From Christensenellales bacterium (lineage in GTDB: Bacteria; Bacillota; Clostridia; Christensenellales; SZUA-584): a stretch of DNA of 64,000 nucleotides. Below, in pieces: positions 1 to 9,240 of this stretch. The notes under the pieces were generated by a model that ran no database searches, was not told the DNA's origin, and was given only the letters and a program-made list of their open reading frames with translations. Positions within the stretch are counted from its first letter, which is position 1. Each line of letters starts with the position of its first letter. A program made the position numbers and the translations under genes. The stretch is taken from positions 723,806-787,805 of the forward strand of contig JAXGMA010000001.1 in NCBI GenBank assembly GCA_040768905.1, written 5' to 3'.

Positions 1-1295
1 TTTTCAATGAAGACAAGGCTCTGGGGCAAAACATAGAAAACACACTAAGCGAAATAGACAGATACGCAGGCCTGCAAAACGCCATCCGTGCGTCAAGCGC
101 GCACAAAGACGAGGACTACAAACGCCTCGAGGAGCAGTACCGTGAAAAGACTTCAAAAATAGAGTCGCTCAAGCAACGGCTGCATGAAGCAGAACTGCGC
201 TGCGCTGAGCTTTTCAGGGAGAATGCGGCGATCTCAAACGACATGCTCCGTATCGGGCTCGAAAAACAGGAGATAGAGCGCAAGCGCGCCTCTCTTTCAA
301 AAACGCTCGAACTCAATGCGGAAAGCGGTGTGAACTTTGTACAGCTTAAAAAGCAGCTTGAGTCGACGCGGGATGAAAAAGCAGTTTTGCTGGAAGAACA
401 AAAGCAGCAGCAGGGCAATATGGCCGCCGGACGCGTTGAAGCGCTGCGTGCGCTTGCGGAACTCGAGCACGGCATCGAACAGGCGCGGACAGCGCAGACG
501 GCAGCTGCAGAAAAAAGCATCCGCACGGATTTTCTGATCGAAAAGGCACAAAGCGATATCGAAGCCGCACAAAACAGACTGTGGGATACCCATCAGATCA
601 CCTACTTAAGCGCTCTTGAAATCAGGCAGGACATCGATGTGTCCCGCGCTCAGGCCGAGGCAGAGCAGATACGCACGCGCATCCGGGAACTCGGCATCGT
701 GAATCCTGCGGCAATAGAAGAATATACATCACTCAAAGAACGGATGGCCTCTCTGTCGGATCAAAGAGACGATTTGAACAAAGCCGAGGCAGACCTGCAT
801 AAACTTATCGGCTCGCTGCTTTCTGAAATGAGGCGCACGTTCCGCACCAGCTTTGAACAGATCAACAAGCACTTCGGCGACACGTTCCGCGAACTGTTCG
901 ACGGCGGGCATGCCAGGTTGCTGCTCGAAGAAGGCGAGGACATCATGGAATGCGGCATTGAGATCGTCGCGGAGCCTCCGGGCAAAAAACTGCAGAAGAT
1001 ATCACTGCTCTCCGGCGGCGAAAAGGCGCTGACAGCGATAAGCCTGCTTTTTGCGCTGCTCAAGCTCAATCCTTCGCCTGTGTGCATACTCGATGAGATA
1101 GACGCTGCGCTTGATGAAGCCAACGTGCGCAAATTCGCCGACTATCTGGAAAAGTACGCATCAAAAATGCAGTTTATCGTCATCACGCACAGAAAGCCCA
1201 CCATGGCAAAATGTGAAAGCTTGTTTGGTTTTGCAATGGAGGAAAAGGGCGTATCCAAAATTCTTTCAGTGCGGCTTGACAGGGAGAGCATATGA
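1..1295 (+). CDS. smc: Chromosome segregation ATPase SMC, C-terminal part (5' end outside window)
   Basis: Frame 3 is open from nt 3 (no stop before the track ORF at 243). Long E/Q/L/R-rich coiled coil, then ABC signature LSGGEKALTAISLLFAL and Walker B CILDEIDAALD. Followed by ftsY. Confidence 0.9.
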   Translation, partial: FNEDKALGQNIENTLSEIDRYAGLQNAIRASSAHKDEDYKRLEEQYREKTSKIESLKQRLHEAELRCAELFRENAAISNDMLRIGLEKQEIERKRASLSKTLELNAESGVNFVQLKKQLESTRDEKAVLLEEQKQQQGNMAAGRVEALRALAELEHGIEQARTAQTAAAEKSIRTDFLIEKAQSDIEAAQNRLWDTHQITYLSALEIRQDIDVSRAQAEAEQIRTRIRELGIVNPAAIEEYTSLKERMASLSDQRDDLNKAEADLHKLIGSLLSEMRRTFRTSFEQINKHFGDTFRELFDGGHARLLLEEGEDIMECGIEIVAEPPGKKLQKISLLSGGEKALTAISLLFALLKLNPSPVCILDEIDAALDEANVRKFADYLEKYASKMQFIVITHRKPTMAKCESLFGFAMEEKGVSKILSVRLDRESI

Positions 1296-2197
1296 GCCAG
1301 AATGTTTTTGAAAAAATAAAAAGCGGCCTTTTGAAAACACGCCAAAGCATTTCTGGAAAGCTTGGCGGCGTGCTGGCCGCGTTTAAAAAGATAGACGAAG
1401 ATTTTTATGAAGAACTGGAAGAATCGCTGATACTTTGTGACATAGGCCTGGGCGCTGCGGAAAGCATCATGACTGCGCTCAAGCAGCAGGTGAAAGAACA
1501 AAAGATCATTGAAACCGCACAGGTCAAACCTTTGCTGGTCAGTATTATTGCAGATATTCTCAGCATTCACGACAAGCCGCTTGAAGGCAAGTGCGCAATA
1601 CTTGTTGTCGGCGTCAATGGTGTTGGGAAAACAACGGCCATAGGCAAACTCGCATATCACTATAAATCACAAGGAAAGAGCGTGCTGCTCGCGGCGGCCG
1701 ACACCTTCCGCGCTGCGGCGGCCGAACAGCTTTGCGGATGGGGAGAACGCACGGGCGTGCGTGTCGTCAAATACGGAGAGGGCGCCGACCCCGCAGCCGT
1801 GGTTTTTGATGCGGTAGATTCAGCGCGGCATAAGAATATCGACCTTGTCATCTGTGACACGGCCGGGCGGCTGCATAATAAAAAGCACCTGATGGAGGAA
1901 CTTGCGAAGATCAACCGCGTGCTCGATAAGGCCTATGACGAGCAACACCGAAGAACCTATCTCGTCGTGGACGCGACCACAGGGCAGAATGCCATAGCGC
2001 AGGCACGCGAATTCTCGCGCGTCACCAATCTTTCCGGATTGATACTAACCAAAGTGGACGGCACCGCGAAAGGCGGCATCGTTTGCGCCATCTGCGACGC
2101 ATTAAAGCTGCCTGTTGTTTTTCTTGGCGTCGGGGAAGCCATGGAAGACCTGCAGCCGTTTGATGCACAAGCGTTCGCGCAAAGCCTGTTTGAATAA
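1292..2197 (+). CDS. ftsY: Signal recognition particle receptor FtsY
   Basis: SRP GTPase motifs GVNGVGKTTAIGKLA, DTAGRLHNK, LTKVDGTAKGG. ATGA overlap with the smc stop; RBS GGGAGAG. Confidence 0.92.
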   Translation: MSQNVFEKIKSGLLKTRQSISGKLGGVLAAFKKIDEDFYEELEESLILCDIGLGAAESIMTALKQQVKEQKIIETAQVKPLLVSIIADILSIHDKPLEGKCAILVVGVNGVGKTTAIGKLAYHYKSQGKSVLLAAADTFRAAAAEQLCGWGERTGVRVVKYGEGADPAAVVFDAVDSARHKNIDLVICDTAGRLHNKKHLMEELAKINRVLDKAYDEQHRRTYLVVDATTGQNAIAQAREFSRVTNLSGLILTKVDGTAKGGIVCAICDALKLPVVFLGVGEAMEDLQPFDAQAFAQSLFE

Positions 2198-2322
2198 AAA
2201 ACCTTCTCAATGATACAGTCAGCAACCCTTGAAGCCTATTTTTGAAACAATGCCAAAAGCATTTTGTGATTGTTTGCTTCTATGTAAAGTGTTATAATAT
2301 GGATAGATTAACGGGCCATTGA

Positions 2323-3498
2323 TTGCGAGGTCATGCCTCAGTGAAACCAAGAACAAGCATAATCCTTTTTTCACTTATCGCTGCGCTTCTGATTGCAGCC
2401 TTTCCTTTTCGTGTTATTCATGCAGATGACATGCTAAGTTCGTCTGTTTATGCGATCGACAGGGCACGCGGCATTGTAACGGGAATTTCTGAAAACACAT
2501 CGGCGGCAAGCCTGACGGCCGGTTTTGATAACGATGTTTCCCGTATCAAAGTATATGGACTTAACAACAGCGTTTACACCGGTACAGCCGTCTCTACAGG
2601 CATGAAAATCAGGCTGTTCGCGGACGGCCTGCAAAAAGATGAATTAAAGTCCGTTGTGCGCGGGGATACCAGCGGTGACGGGCGCATCAACATTACCGAT
2701 TATACGCTGATCCGGCTTCATATACTCTCGCGGAACATGCTGCAGAATGAGTATGTCTTGGCAGGCGACATCGATCTTGACGGACGCATCACGGTCACGG
2801 ATTATACACTTATCCGCCTGCATATTTTGGGCTTAAAACCCATACTGCCGTCCGCGCTGCCTTTGGCTGGCCTTGTGATTGGGCTTGACCCCGGGCACCA
2901 GCGCTATGCCAACAACGCACTCGAACCCGTTGCGCCGGGCAGCAAGACGATGAAGAAAAAAGTCTCTTCCGGTACGCAAGGGCGTTTTACGAGAGTGCCC
3001 GAATATATCGTGGTGCTTGAGGTCGGGCTCAAGCTCAAAAGCAAGCTTGAGGAGCTTGGCGCAACGGTCATCATGACGCGCGAAACGCATGATGTCGATA
3101 TATCCAACTCGGAGCGTGCTATCATGATGAACAAAGCCAATGTCGACTGCTGGCTGCGCATTCATGCGGACGGCAACGATGATCCGAAAATATACGGCAT
3201 GAGCATGCTTGTGCCGGCTAAAGGCTGCATGAACTCGGCCGACCCTGCCGTGCAGCAAAAAAGCACGGCCATCGGGCAGGTGCTGCTTGACTGTGCGGCC
3301 AAGGAAGCGGGCGCAAAAAACCTCGGGCTGAAGCCGCGCTCCGACCAAACGGGCTTTAACTGGTCGTCCGTACCAGTGTGCAATATCGAGATGGGATACA
3401 TGACCAATGAGACGGAAGACCGCCTGCTCATCACGGGCGCTTATCAGGACAAGATCGTCGCGGGGCTCGTCAAAGGCTTCGTTCAATACTATTCATAA
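2323..3498 (+). CDS. Secreted N-acetylmuramoyl-L-alanine amidase (Amidase_3/CwlD type) with internal dockerin-like duplicated repeat
   Basis: Signal peptide KPRTSIILFSLIAALLIAAFPFRVIHA. Two repeats, GDTSGDGRINITDYTLIRLHIL and GDIDLDGRITVTDYTLIRLHIL, fit the dockerin type-I pattern. C-terminal GLDPGHQ, LRIHADG and NIEMGYMTN are typical of Amidase_3. The track start 2323 is TTG; GTG at 2341 is an equally plausible start. Confidence 0.75.
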   Translation: MRGHASVKPRTSIILFSLIAALLIAAFPFRVIHADDMLSSSVYAIDRARGIVTGISENTSAASLTAGFDNDVSRIKVYGLNNSVYTGTAVSTGMKIRLFADGLQKDELKSVVRGDTSGDGRINITDYTLIRLHILSRNMLQNEYVLAGDIDLDGRITVTDYTLIRLHILGLKPILPSALPLAGLVIGLDPGHQRYANNALEPVAPGSKTMKKKVSSGTQGRFTRVPEYIVVLEVGLKLKSKLEELGATVIMTRETHDVDISNSERAIMMNKANVDCWLRIHADGNDDPKIYGMSMLVPAKGCMNSADPAVQQKSTAIGQVLLDCAAKEAGAKNLGLKPRSDQTGFNWSSVPVCNIEMGYMTNETEDRLLITGAYQDKIVAGLVKGFVQYYS

Positions 3499-3545
3499 AA
3501 ATACTCAGCAAATAAACTAACACTAGTGCGAATCAAACAATCTGC

Positions 3546-3573
3546 TTGACATTGGAAAAAAGGGCTGTATAAT
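3546..3573 (+). promoter_or_regulatory. SigA-type promoter for ylxM-ffh operon
   Basis: TTGACA (3546-3551), 16-nt spacer, TATAAT (3568-3573), about 45 nt upstream of the ylxM start. Confidence 0.5.
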
Positions 3574-3618
3574 AGCACTGTAAAGCAATTATGCTTTACA
3601 CCATTATGCTTTGGCGGT

Positions 3619-3957
3619 GTGCTTTTGGAAAAAGATCTTACAACAGTACTGCTGCTGGATACATATGGCGGCCTGCTCACGGACAAGCAGCAGCGTCTTT
3701 GTGACATGTACTACAACCAGGATTTCTCGCTTGCGGAGATCGCGCAGATAGAGCGGACCACGCGCCAGGCCGTGCAGGACGGCATCGGCAAAGCGCGCCA
3801 CAAACTGCTTGAATTCGAGCAGCGGCTCGGGTTTTCCGGCATACGTCAAAAGTCTTTGGCGGCCATTGAGCAGGCACGCGCCCATGCAGATTCGCCTGCG
3901 CTCGAGCAGCTTTTTAATAAGCTTACAACCCTATGGGAGAATGACGATGGCCTTTGA
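3619..3957 (+). CDS. ylxM: YlxM/UPF0122 helix-turn-helix protein (sigma-70 region-4-like), SRP operon partner
   Basis: LLLDTYGGLLTDKQQRLCDMYYNQDFSLAEIAQIERTTRQAVQDGI matches the YlxM pattern. Lies directly upstream of and overlapping ffh. GTG start at 3619 (TTG at 3625 also possible). Confidence 0.8.
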   Translation: MLLEKDLTTVLLLDTYGGLLTDKQQRLCDMYYNQDFSLAEIAQIERTTRQAVQDGIGKARHKLLEFEQRLGFSGIRQKSLAAIEQARAHADSPALEQLFNKLTTLWENDDGL

Positions 3958-5266
3958 AAGCCTTTCAGAAAAACTGCAGCACATATTCTCGAAGCTGAAA
4001 AGCCGTGGTAAGCTGACAGAGCTTGAGGTCAAGGCTGCGATGCACGAGGTCAAACTGGTGCTGCTTGAGGCGGATGTCAACTTCAAGGTCGTCAAAGGCT
4101 TCGTGCAGCGCGTCACGGAACGCGCCGTGGGCGAAGAAGTGCTCAAAAGCTTAACACCCGGCCAGCAGGTTATCAAAATCGTGCGTGACGAACTTATCGC
4201 AGAGCTTGGAGAAAAGCATGTTGGCATCAATTTTTCCGCCAACCCGCCCACAGTGGTGATGATGTGCGGATTGCAGGGCGCCGGGAAGACAACGATGTGC
4301 GGCAAACTCGCAAAGCTCTGGAAAAAGGAAGGCCGCAGCGTGATGCTTGCGGCGCTTGACATACACAGACCAGCTGCGATACGGCAGCTTGAGGTGGTCG
4401 CGGAAAAGGCTGGCGCGCTGTTCTTTGAAAAAGGCGGGCAGGACCCTGCCAGAACGGCACAGCAGACCGTGGCGGAGGCCAAAAAGAAGCTTGCCGATGT
4501 GGTGATACTTGATACTGCGGGGCGCCTGCATATCGATACTGAGATGATGGACGAAGCAGTGCGCATCGCTGCTGCAGTCCGCCCGCATGAAAAGCTGCTT
4601 GTGGTGGATGCCATGACAGGCCAGGATGCCGTGAATGCGGCTGTGGCCTTTAATGAGAAGCTAACGCTGGACGGTGTGATACTGACCAAGCTCGACGGCG
4701 ACACGCGCGGCGGCGCGGCGATATCGACGCGGGCCGTGACTGGCAAACCGATCAAATTTGCCGGCGTGGGGGAAAAGCTTGAGGATATCGAGGTATTCCA
4801 TCCCGACCGTATGGCCGGACGCATCCTCGGCATGGGCGATATGCTCTCGCTCATCGAAAAAGCCGAGCAAAGTTTTGAAGCGGCATCAGCGGCAGAGATC
4901 GAGAAAAAGCTAAAAAAAGCCGAATTCACGCTTGAAGATTTTTTAGAGCAGATGGTGCAGTTAAAGAAAATGGGAGGCATCGAGGACATGCTTGCAATGA
5001 TGCCCGGCGGCAGCAAACTTTCAGGGCTGCAGCTCGACGAAAAGCAAATGGCGCACACAGAAGCCATCATCAAGTCGATGACGCCAGAAGAACGTCGGCG
5101 TCCTTCTATGATCGGCGGCAGCCGGAAAAAACGCATTGCTGTTGGCAGCGGCACAAAAGTCCAGGATGTCAATCGCCTGCTTACGCAGTTTGAGCAGATG
5201 ACAAAGATGCTCAAGAATATGACAGGGAAACACGCAAAAAAAGGCATGATGGGCATGCCGTTTTGA
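3947..5266 (+). CDS. ffh: Signal recognition particle protein Ffh
   Basis: MAFESLSEKLQ N-terminus, GLQGAGKTTMCGKLA, DTAGRLHID, LTKLDGDTRGGAA, and a Met-rich M domain. The track ORF starts at 3809, but the conserved N-terminus begins at ATG 3947. Confidence 0.93.
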   Translation: MAFESLSEKLQHIFSKLKSRGKLTELEVKAAMHEVKLVLLEADVNFKVVKGFVQRVTERAVGEEVLKSLTPGQQVIKIVRDELIAELGEKHVGINFSANPPTVVMMCGLQGAGKTTMCGKLAKLWKKEGRSVMLAALDIHRPAAIRQLEVVAEKAGALFFEKGGQDPARTAQQTVAEAKKKLADVVILDTAGRLHIDTEMMDEAVRIAAAVRPHEKLLVVDAMTGQDAVNAAVAFNEKLTLDGVILTKLDGDTRGGAAISTRAVTGKPIKFAGVGEKLEDIEVFHPDRMAGRILGMGDMLSLIEKAEQSFEAASAAEIEKKLKKAEFTLEDFLEQMVQLKKMGGIEDMLAMMPGGSKLSGLQLDEKQMAHTEAIIKSMTPEERRRPSMIGGSRKKRIAVGSGTKVQDVNRLLTQFEQMTKMLKNMTGKHAKKGMMGMPF

Positions 5267-5328
5267 GGAAACGTTGAAGCCTTGGCTTTAAAACAATTCC
5301 GAAATATTAAAATAATTTGGAGGATAAC

Positions 5329-5568
5329 ATGGCAGTAAAAATCAGGCTCAAGAGGATCGGGGCAAAGAAAAACCCGTTTTACAGGATCGTTGTCGCCGAT
5401 GCGCGCGCGCCGCGTGACGGACGGTTTGTTGAGGAGATCGGCAATTATGATCCGATGAACAAAAAGATCGTTGTCGACGGAGACAAGGCACTTGAATGGA
5501 TCAAAAAGGGTGCACAGCCAACCGAGACGGTAAGAGCGCTATTAAAGAAAAACGGCGTTCTCAAATAG
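5329..5568 (+). CDS. rpsP: 30S ribosomal protein S16
   Basis: [24 protein letters not shown]; GGAGG RBS immediately upstream of ATG 5329. Confidence 0.93.
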   Translation: MAVKIRLKRIGAKKNPFYRIVVADARAPRDGRFVEEIGNYDPMNKKIVVDGDKALEWIKKGAQPTETVRALLKKNGVLK

Positions 5569-5577
5569 GAGATGCAT

Positions 5578-5814
5578 ATGTTAGAGCTGGTGAAATATGT
5601 GGCTGAAGCACTTGTTCAAAAGCCCGAAGAGGTCAAAGTCAAGCAGACTGAGACAGACAAGACCATCATCATCGAGCTTTCAGTTGCGCGCGAGGATATG
5701 GGAAAGGTCATAGGCAAGCAAGGGCGTATTGCCAAGGCGATTCGAGCCGTTGTCAAAGCGGCGTCAACAAAATCACGCAAAAAATATGTTGTTGAGATCA
5801 TAGAACATGATTGA
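5578..5814 (+). CDS. khpA: KH-domain RNA-binding protein (YlqC/KhpA family)
   Basis: VIGKQGRIAKAIRAVV KH motif. Conserved position between rpsP and rimM. ATG 5578 has better spacing to AGGAG than ATG 5572. Confidence 0.8.
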   Translation: MLELVKYVAEALVQKPEEVKVKQTETDKTIIIELSVAREDMGKVIGKQGRIAKAIRAVVKAASTKSRKKYVVEIIEHD

Positions 5815-6319
5815 AATCGCCAAAGTGATAAAGCCTCACGGCATTCACGGAGATTTGAAGGTGAGGCTTTATTCTGAAAACTTTGACGAATTCTCGGTGC
5901 GCGGTTTTGCGCATATCAAAGAAGACGGCAGCTTTAAGCGCGTCGCCTATACGGCGCTGCGCACTGTCCCGCCCTTTATTTATATACATTTTGCAGGCAT
6001 TGACACGCGCAGCGATGCAGAAACGCTGGCAGGCACCGCGCTTTTTCTAAAACGTAATGAGCTTGAGCCGCCCGCTCAGGGTGAGTATTATCTCTTTGAT
6101 CTTATCGGGATCAGCGTGGTCGATGAAAATGGTACGGTGCTTGGGCAGCTTAAGGATGTGCTGCAGCACGGCGCGGCGGATGTGTATGTGGTCAGCGGCG
6201 GGAGAGGGTTTATGTTTCCGGCGCTCAAACGCGTGATCCAAAGCGTTGATATAGCGGCCGGTGTGCTTCGTGTCAACGCGGCTGCGCTCCAAGAGGTGGC
6301 GGTATATGACGACCTATAA
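5807..6319 (+). CDS. rimM: 16S rRNA processing protein RimM
   Basis: KPHGIHGDLKV N-terminal motif, PRC-barrel C-terminus, rpsP-rimM-trmD synteny. Confidence 0.88.
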   Translation: MIEIAKVIKPHGIHGDLKVRLYSENFDEFSVRGFAHIKEDGSFKRVAYTALRTVPPFIYIHFAGIDTRSDAETLAGTALFLKRNELEPPAQGEYYLFDLIGISVVDENGTVLGQLKDVLQHGAADVYVVSGGRGFMFPALKRVIQSVDIAAGVLRVNAAALQEVAVYDDL

Positions 6320-7037
6320 TCTGCTGACGCTGTTTCCAGAAATGTTTGCGTCGGTCTGCAATTCGAGCATATGGGCGCGTGCCATCGCGGCGGGGCATAT
6401 CGCCGTGAGCCCGGTGGATATCCGCGTATTTGCAACGGACAAGCACCGGCGTGCGGACGATTACCCGCTGGGCGGCGGCGCAGGTATGGTATTAAAACCT
6501 GAACCTGTGGACGCTTGTTTTCGTGCTGTGATGCAGCGCAGCGAAAAGCCAAGCCTCAACATCTATATGTCACCGTCAGGCCGAAAACTATCCCACAACC
6601 TTGTGCTTGAGCTTGCGCAATACTGTACTCTTAATATTCTCTGCGGCCATTACGAAGGCGTAGACGCGCGCGTACTGAGGCGGCACATCGATATGGAAAT
6701 ATCCACCGGTGACTATGTACTTACAGGCGGCGAACTGCCCGCAATGGTGCTGATCGATGCGTGTATACGCCATGTGGGAGGCGTTCTGGGCAACGAACAA
6801 TCGGCCGCGGGCGAATCATTCTCGGACGGCCTGCTTGAACATCCGCAATACACACGTCCCGCAGTTTATGACGGGGAAGAGGCACCCGAGGTGCTGCTTT
6901 CCGGCCACCACGCCAATGTGGCGGCATACAGGCGGCGCAGCTCGCTTAAAGAAACGGCGCAAAAACGCCCAGACCTGCTGTCAAGAACGCGGCTTTCCAA
7001 AGAGGATATGGGCATCATAACCGGCAGCGATGAATAA
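6306..7037 (+). CDS. trmD: tRNA (guanine37-N1)-methyltransferase TrmD
   Basis: MTTYNLLTLFPEMF start, GHYEGVDARV, GGELPAMVLIDA. The track ORF start 6261 lies inside rimM; the conserved N-terminus starts at ATG 6306. Confidence 0.9.
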   Translation: MTTYNLLTLFPEMFASVCNSSIWARAIAAGHIAVSPVDIRVFATDKHRRADDYPLGGGAGMVLKPEPVDACFRAVMQRSEKPSLNIYMSPSGRKLSHNLVLELAQYCTLNILCGHYEGVDARVLRRHIDMEISTGDYVLTGGELPAMVLIDACIRHVGGVLGNEQSAAGESFSDGLLEHPQYTRPAVYDGEEAPEVLLSGHHANVAAYRRRSSLKETAQKRPDLLSRTRLSKEDMGIITGSDE

Positions 7038-7038
7038 C

Positions 7039-7060
7039 CAAACCGCACAAGCGGTTTTTT
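7039..7060 (+). terminator. Rho-independent terminator after trmD
   Basis: AAACCGC-ACAA-GCGGTTT stem-loop followed by a T-run, 2 nt after the trmD stop. Confidence 0.65.
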
Positions 7061-7141
7061 CATGCATATGTGTTTTCAAGCAAAACCGGCGTTAAGCTGT
7101 GTTTTTTTGTGTTATAATAATTCCGAAGAAGGGGGAGGCTT

Positions 7142-8311
7142 ATGGCAAAATTTATTATCGTCGTGATGGACAGTTTAGGCATAGGAGAGATGCCTGACGC
7201 GGCGCTTTTTGGAGACGAAGGCTCGGATACCCTCGGCAATATCATCAAAGCGTATCCGGATATCGCGCTTGACAACCTTGCGCGGCTTGGGCTGTGCCGT
7301 GTATCCGCGCTGCCCTTTGGCGGCAAAGTCAAGGGCGCGCACGGCAGGGCGGCTGAAAAGTTTCCGGGCAAGGACACCACTGGCGGCCATTTCGAGATCG
7401 CAGGGCTGGTGCTTGAGCAGCCTTTCCCGCTGTTCCCAAACGGTTTTCCCAATGATTTTATAGCAGCGTTTGAAAAGGTCGCAGGCCGAGGCACCATCGG
7501 GAATTATGCTGCTTCTGGGACTGAGATTATTGCACAGCTCGGGCAGCAGCATGTGGAAACGGGGAAACTTATCGTTTACACTTCGGCGGACAGCGTGTTT
7601 CAGATCGCCGCACATGAAGATATCGTGCCGCTTGATGAACTCTACGCCATTTGCAGCAAAGCAAGGCAAATGCTTATCGGCCCGCTGGCGGTTGGGCGCG
7701 TGATCGCGCGTCCGTTTTCCGGAGAGGCCGGACGCTTTATACGCACCAAAAACCGCCGGGATTACTCTTTTGAACCGCCGGGGCCAACCATTCTGACAGC
7801 ATTAAAGGATCAGGGCTATGAAGTTGCGGGGGTCGGCAAAATTGAGGACATCTTCGCTGGTGTCGGTCTGACCAAAATCAATCACACAAAAGACAACGAG
7901 AGCGGCGTTTCGGCTACCGTGGAGTATATGCGCCAGCATTTTGACGGGCTTGTGTTAACCAACCTTGTGGATTTTGACATGTTGTACGGCCACCGTAATG
8001 ACGCGCTGGGCTACAAAAATGCGCTTGAAGCGCTGGATCGCCGCGTACCCGAAATCCTCGGCGCGATGCAGCCGGAGGATATCATCGTTTTCACGGCAGA
8101 CCACGGCTGTGACCCCACGACAAAAAGCACCGATCATTCGCGCGAATATGTACCGGTGCTCGCTTACGGCAGCATGGTTAAGCCGGATGTAAGCATCGGC
8201 ACGCGCGCTTCATTTGCGGATATCGCGGCGACAGCAGCCGAGTTTTTTGGGCTTAGGCCCTGGCATGCCGGACAATCGTTTTTTAAGCAGATCACAGGAG
8301 GTGCGAAATGA
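7142..8311 (+). CDS. deoB: Phosphopentomutase
   Basis: MAKFIIVVMDSLGIGEMPDA, TADHGCDPT; RBS GGGGGAGG. Confidence 0.9.
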   Translation: MAKFIIVVMDSLGIGEMPDAALFGDEGSDTLGNIIKAYPDIALDNLARLGLCRVSALPFGGKVKGAHGRAAEKFPGKDTTGGHFEIAGLVLEQPFPLFPNGFPNDFIAAFEKVAGRGTIGNYAASGTEIIAQLGQQHVETGKLIVYTSADSVFQIAAHEDIVPLDELYAICSKARQMLIGPLAVGRVIARPFSGEAGRFIRTKNRRDYSFEPPGPTILTALKDQGYEVAGVGKIEDIFAGVGLTKINHTKDNESGVSATVEYMRQHFDGLVLTNLVDFDMLYGHRNDALGYKNALEALDRRVPEILGAMQPEDIIVFTADHGCDPTTKSTDHSREYVPVLAYGSMVKPDVSIGTRASFADIAATAAEFFGLRPWHAGQSFFKQITGGAK

Positions 8312-9126
8312 CAGCCGAAAGGATCGCTCAGGCTTATGCGTATTTACGCAGTGCAACAGCACAGAGCCCTTTGCTCTGCGTGGTACTCGGCAGCGGGCTT
8401 GGGGCTTATGCGGACACGCTTGAAGGCAGCCAGGTTATAGACTACGCCCAAATCAGCGGTTTCCCCGTATCCACCGTGCCGGGGCATGCAGGGCGGCTCG
8501 TTTTCGGGAAAAAACATGGTGTACCGCTCGTGTGCATGCAGGGGCGTTTCCATTGCTACGAGGGTTATGCGCCCGAGGAGACGGTTATACCGCTGCGCAC
8601 GCTCATTAAACTTGGCATCAAATATCTTTTGGTCACCAACGCAGCCGGAGGCGTGAACACGGATTTTTCTGCCGGTGACATCATGGCCATGACAGACCAC
8701 ATCAATTTTACTTTCTTAAACCCGCTCGAAGGCGCGAATTTGGATGACCTTGGGCCGCGTTTTCCCGATATGTCGTACGCCTATGACAAAGACATGCTGG
8801 CTGCGCTTTTTGCATCGGCCGAGCAAAACGGTATCAAGCTGCAAAAAGGCGTGTACGCCATGATGAAAGGGCCTTCGTTCGAAACGCCTGCGGAGATAAA
8901 AGCGTTGCGCCTGCTCGGTGCGGATGCCGTGGGCATGTCCACCGTGCCGGAGATCATCGCGGCGGCACATGCAGGCGTCAAATCCGCCGGCATCTCATGC
9001 ATCACCAATATGGCGGCCGGAATACTTGATCAGCCGCTCACGCATGAAGAGGTGATGGAAACGGGACGTATCGCCGCCGGACGTATACAAACGCTGATTG
9101 ACGGGTTTATTAATAACTTAAAGTGA
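8308..9126 (+). CDS. punA: Purine nucleoside phosphorylase (PNP family 2)
   Basis: GSGLG, STVPGHAGRLVFG, VGMSTVPE motifs. ATGA overlap with deoB; RBS AGGAGGTG. Confidence 0.88.
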   Translation: MTAERIAQAYAYLRSATAQSPLLCVVLGSGLGAYADTLEGSQVIDYAQISGFPVSTVPGHAGRLVFGKKHGVPLVCMQGRFHCYEGYAPEETVIPLRTLIKLGIKYLLVTNAAGGVNTDFSAGDIMAMTDHINFTFLNPLEGANLDDLGPRFPDMSYAYDKDMLAALFASAEQNGIKLQKGVYAMMKGPSFETPAEIKALRLLGADAVGMSTVPEIIAAAHAGVKSAGISCITNMAAGILDQPLTHEEVMETGRIAAGRIQTLIDGFINNLK

Positions 9127-9240
9127 CAGAGCGATACGCTTCTAATACGCAAAAAGCACTGTTTTGTATTGCAGTCTTGGGCTGTATAGCCCCGTAATAT
9201 CAAACTGACAACCTCCAAGGCTTTGTTTTGTATATGATTT

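Noticed and set aside
3809-3946. Upstream extensions of track ORFs. Affected genes and track starts: ffh 3809, trmD 6261, surE 11236, HI0933 12910, ruvA 17036, FGGY kinase 35796, argG 27843, NlpC/P60 9996.
   Set aside because: In each case the conserved N-terminus and a GGAGG-type RBS sit at an internal ATG. The extension overlaps the preceding gene or its intergenic signals.
3931-5256. 441-aa ORF antisense to ffh
   Set aside because: It lies entirely within and opposite a well-supported conserved gene. The product is Ser/Ala/Pro-rich low complexity with no RBS. This is the typical shadow ORF of a GC-rich coding strand.
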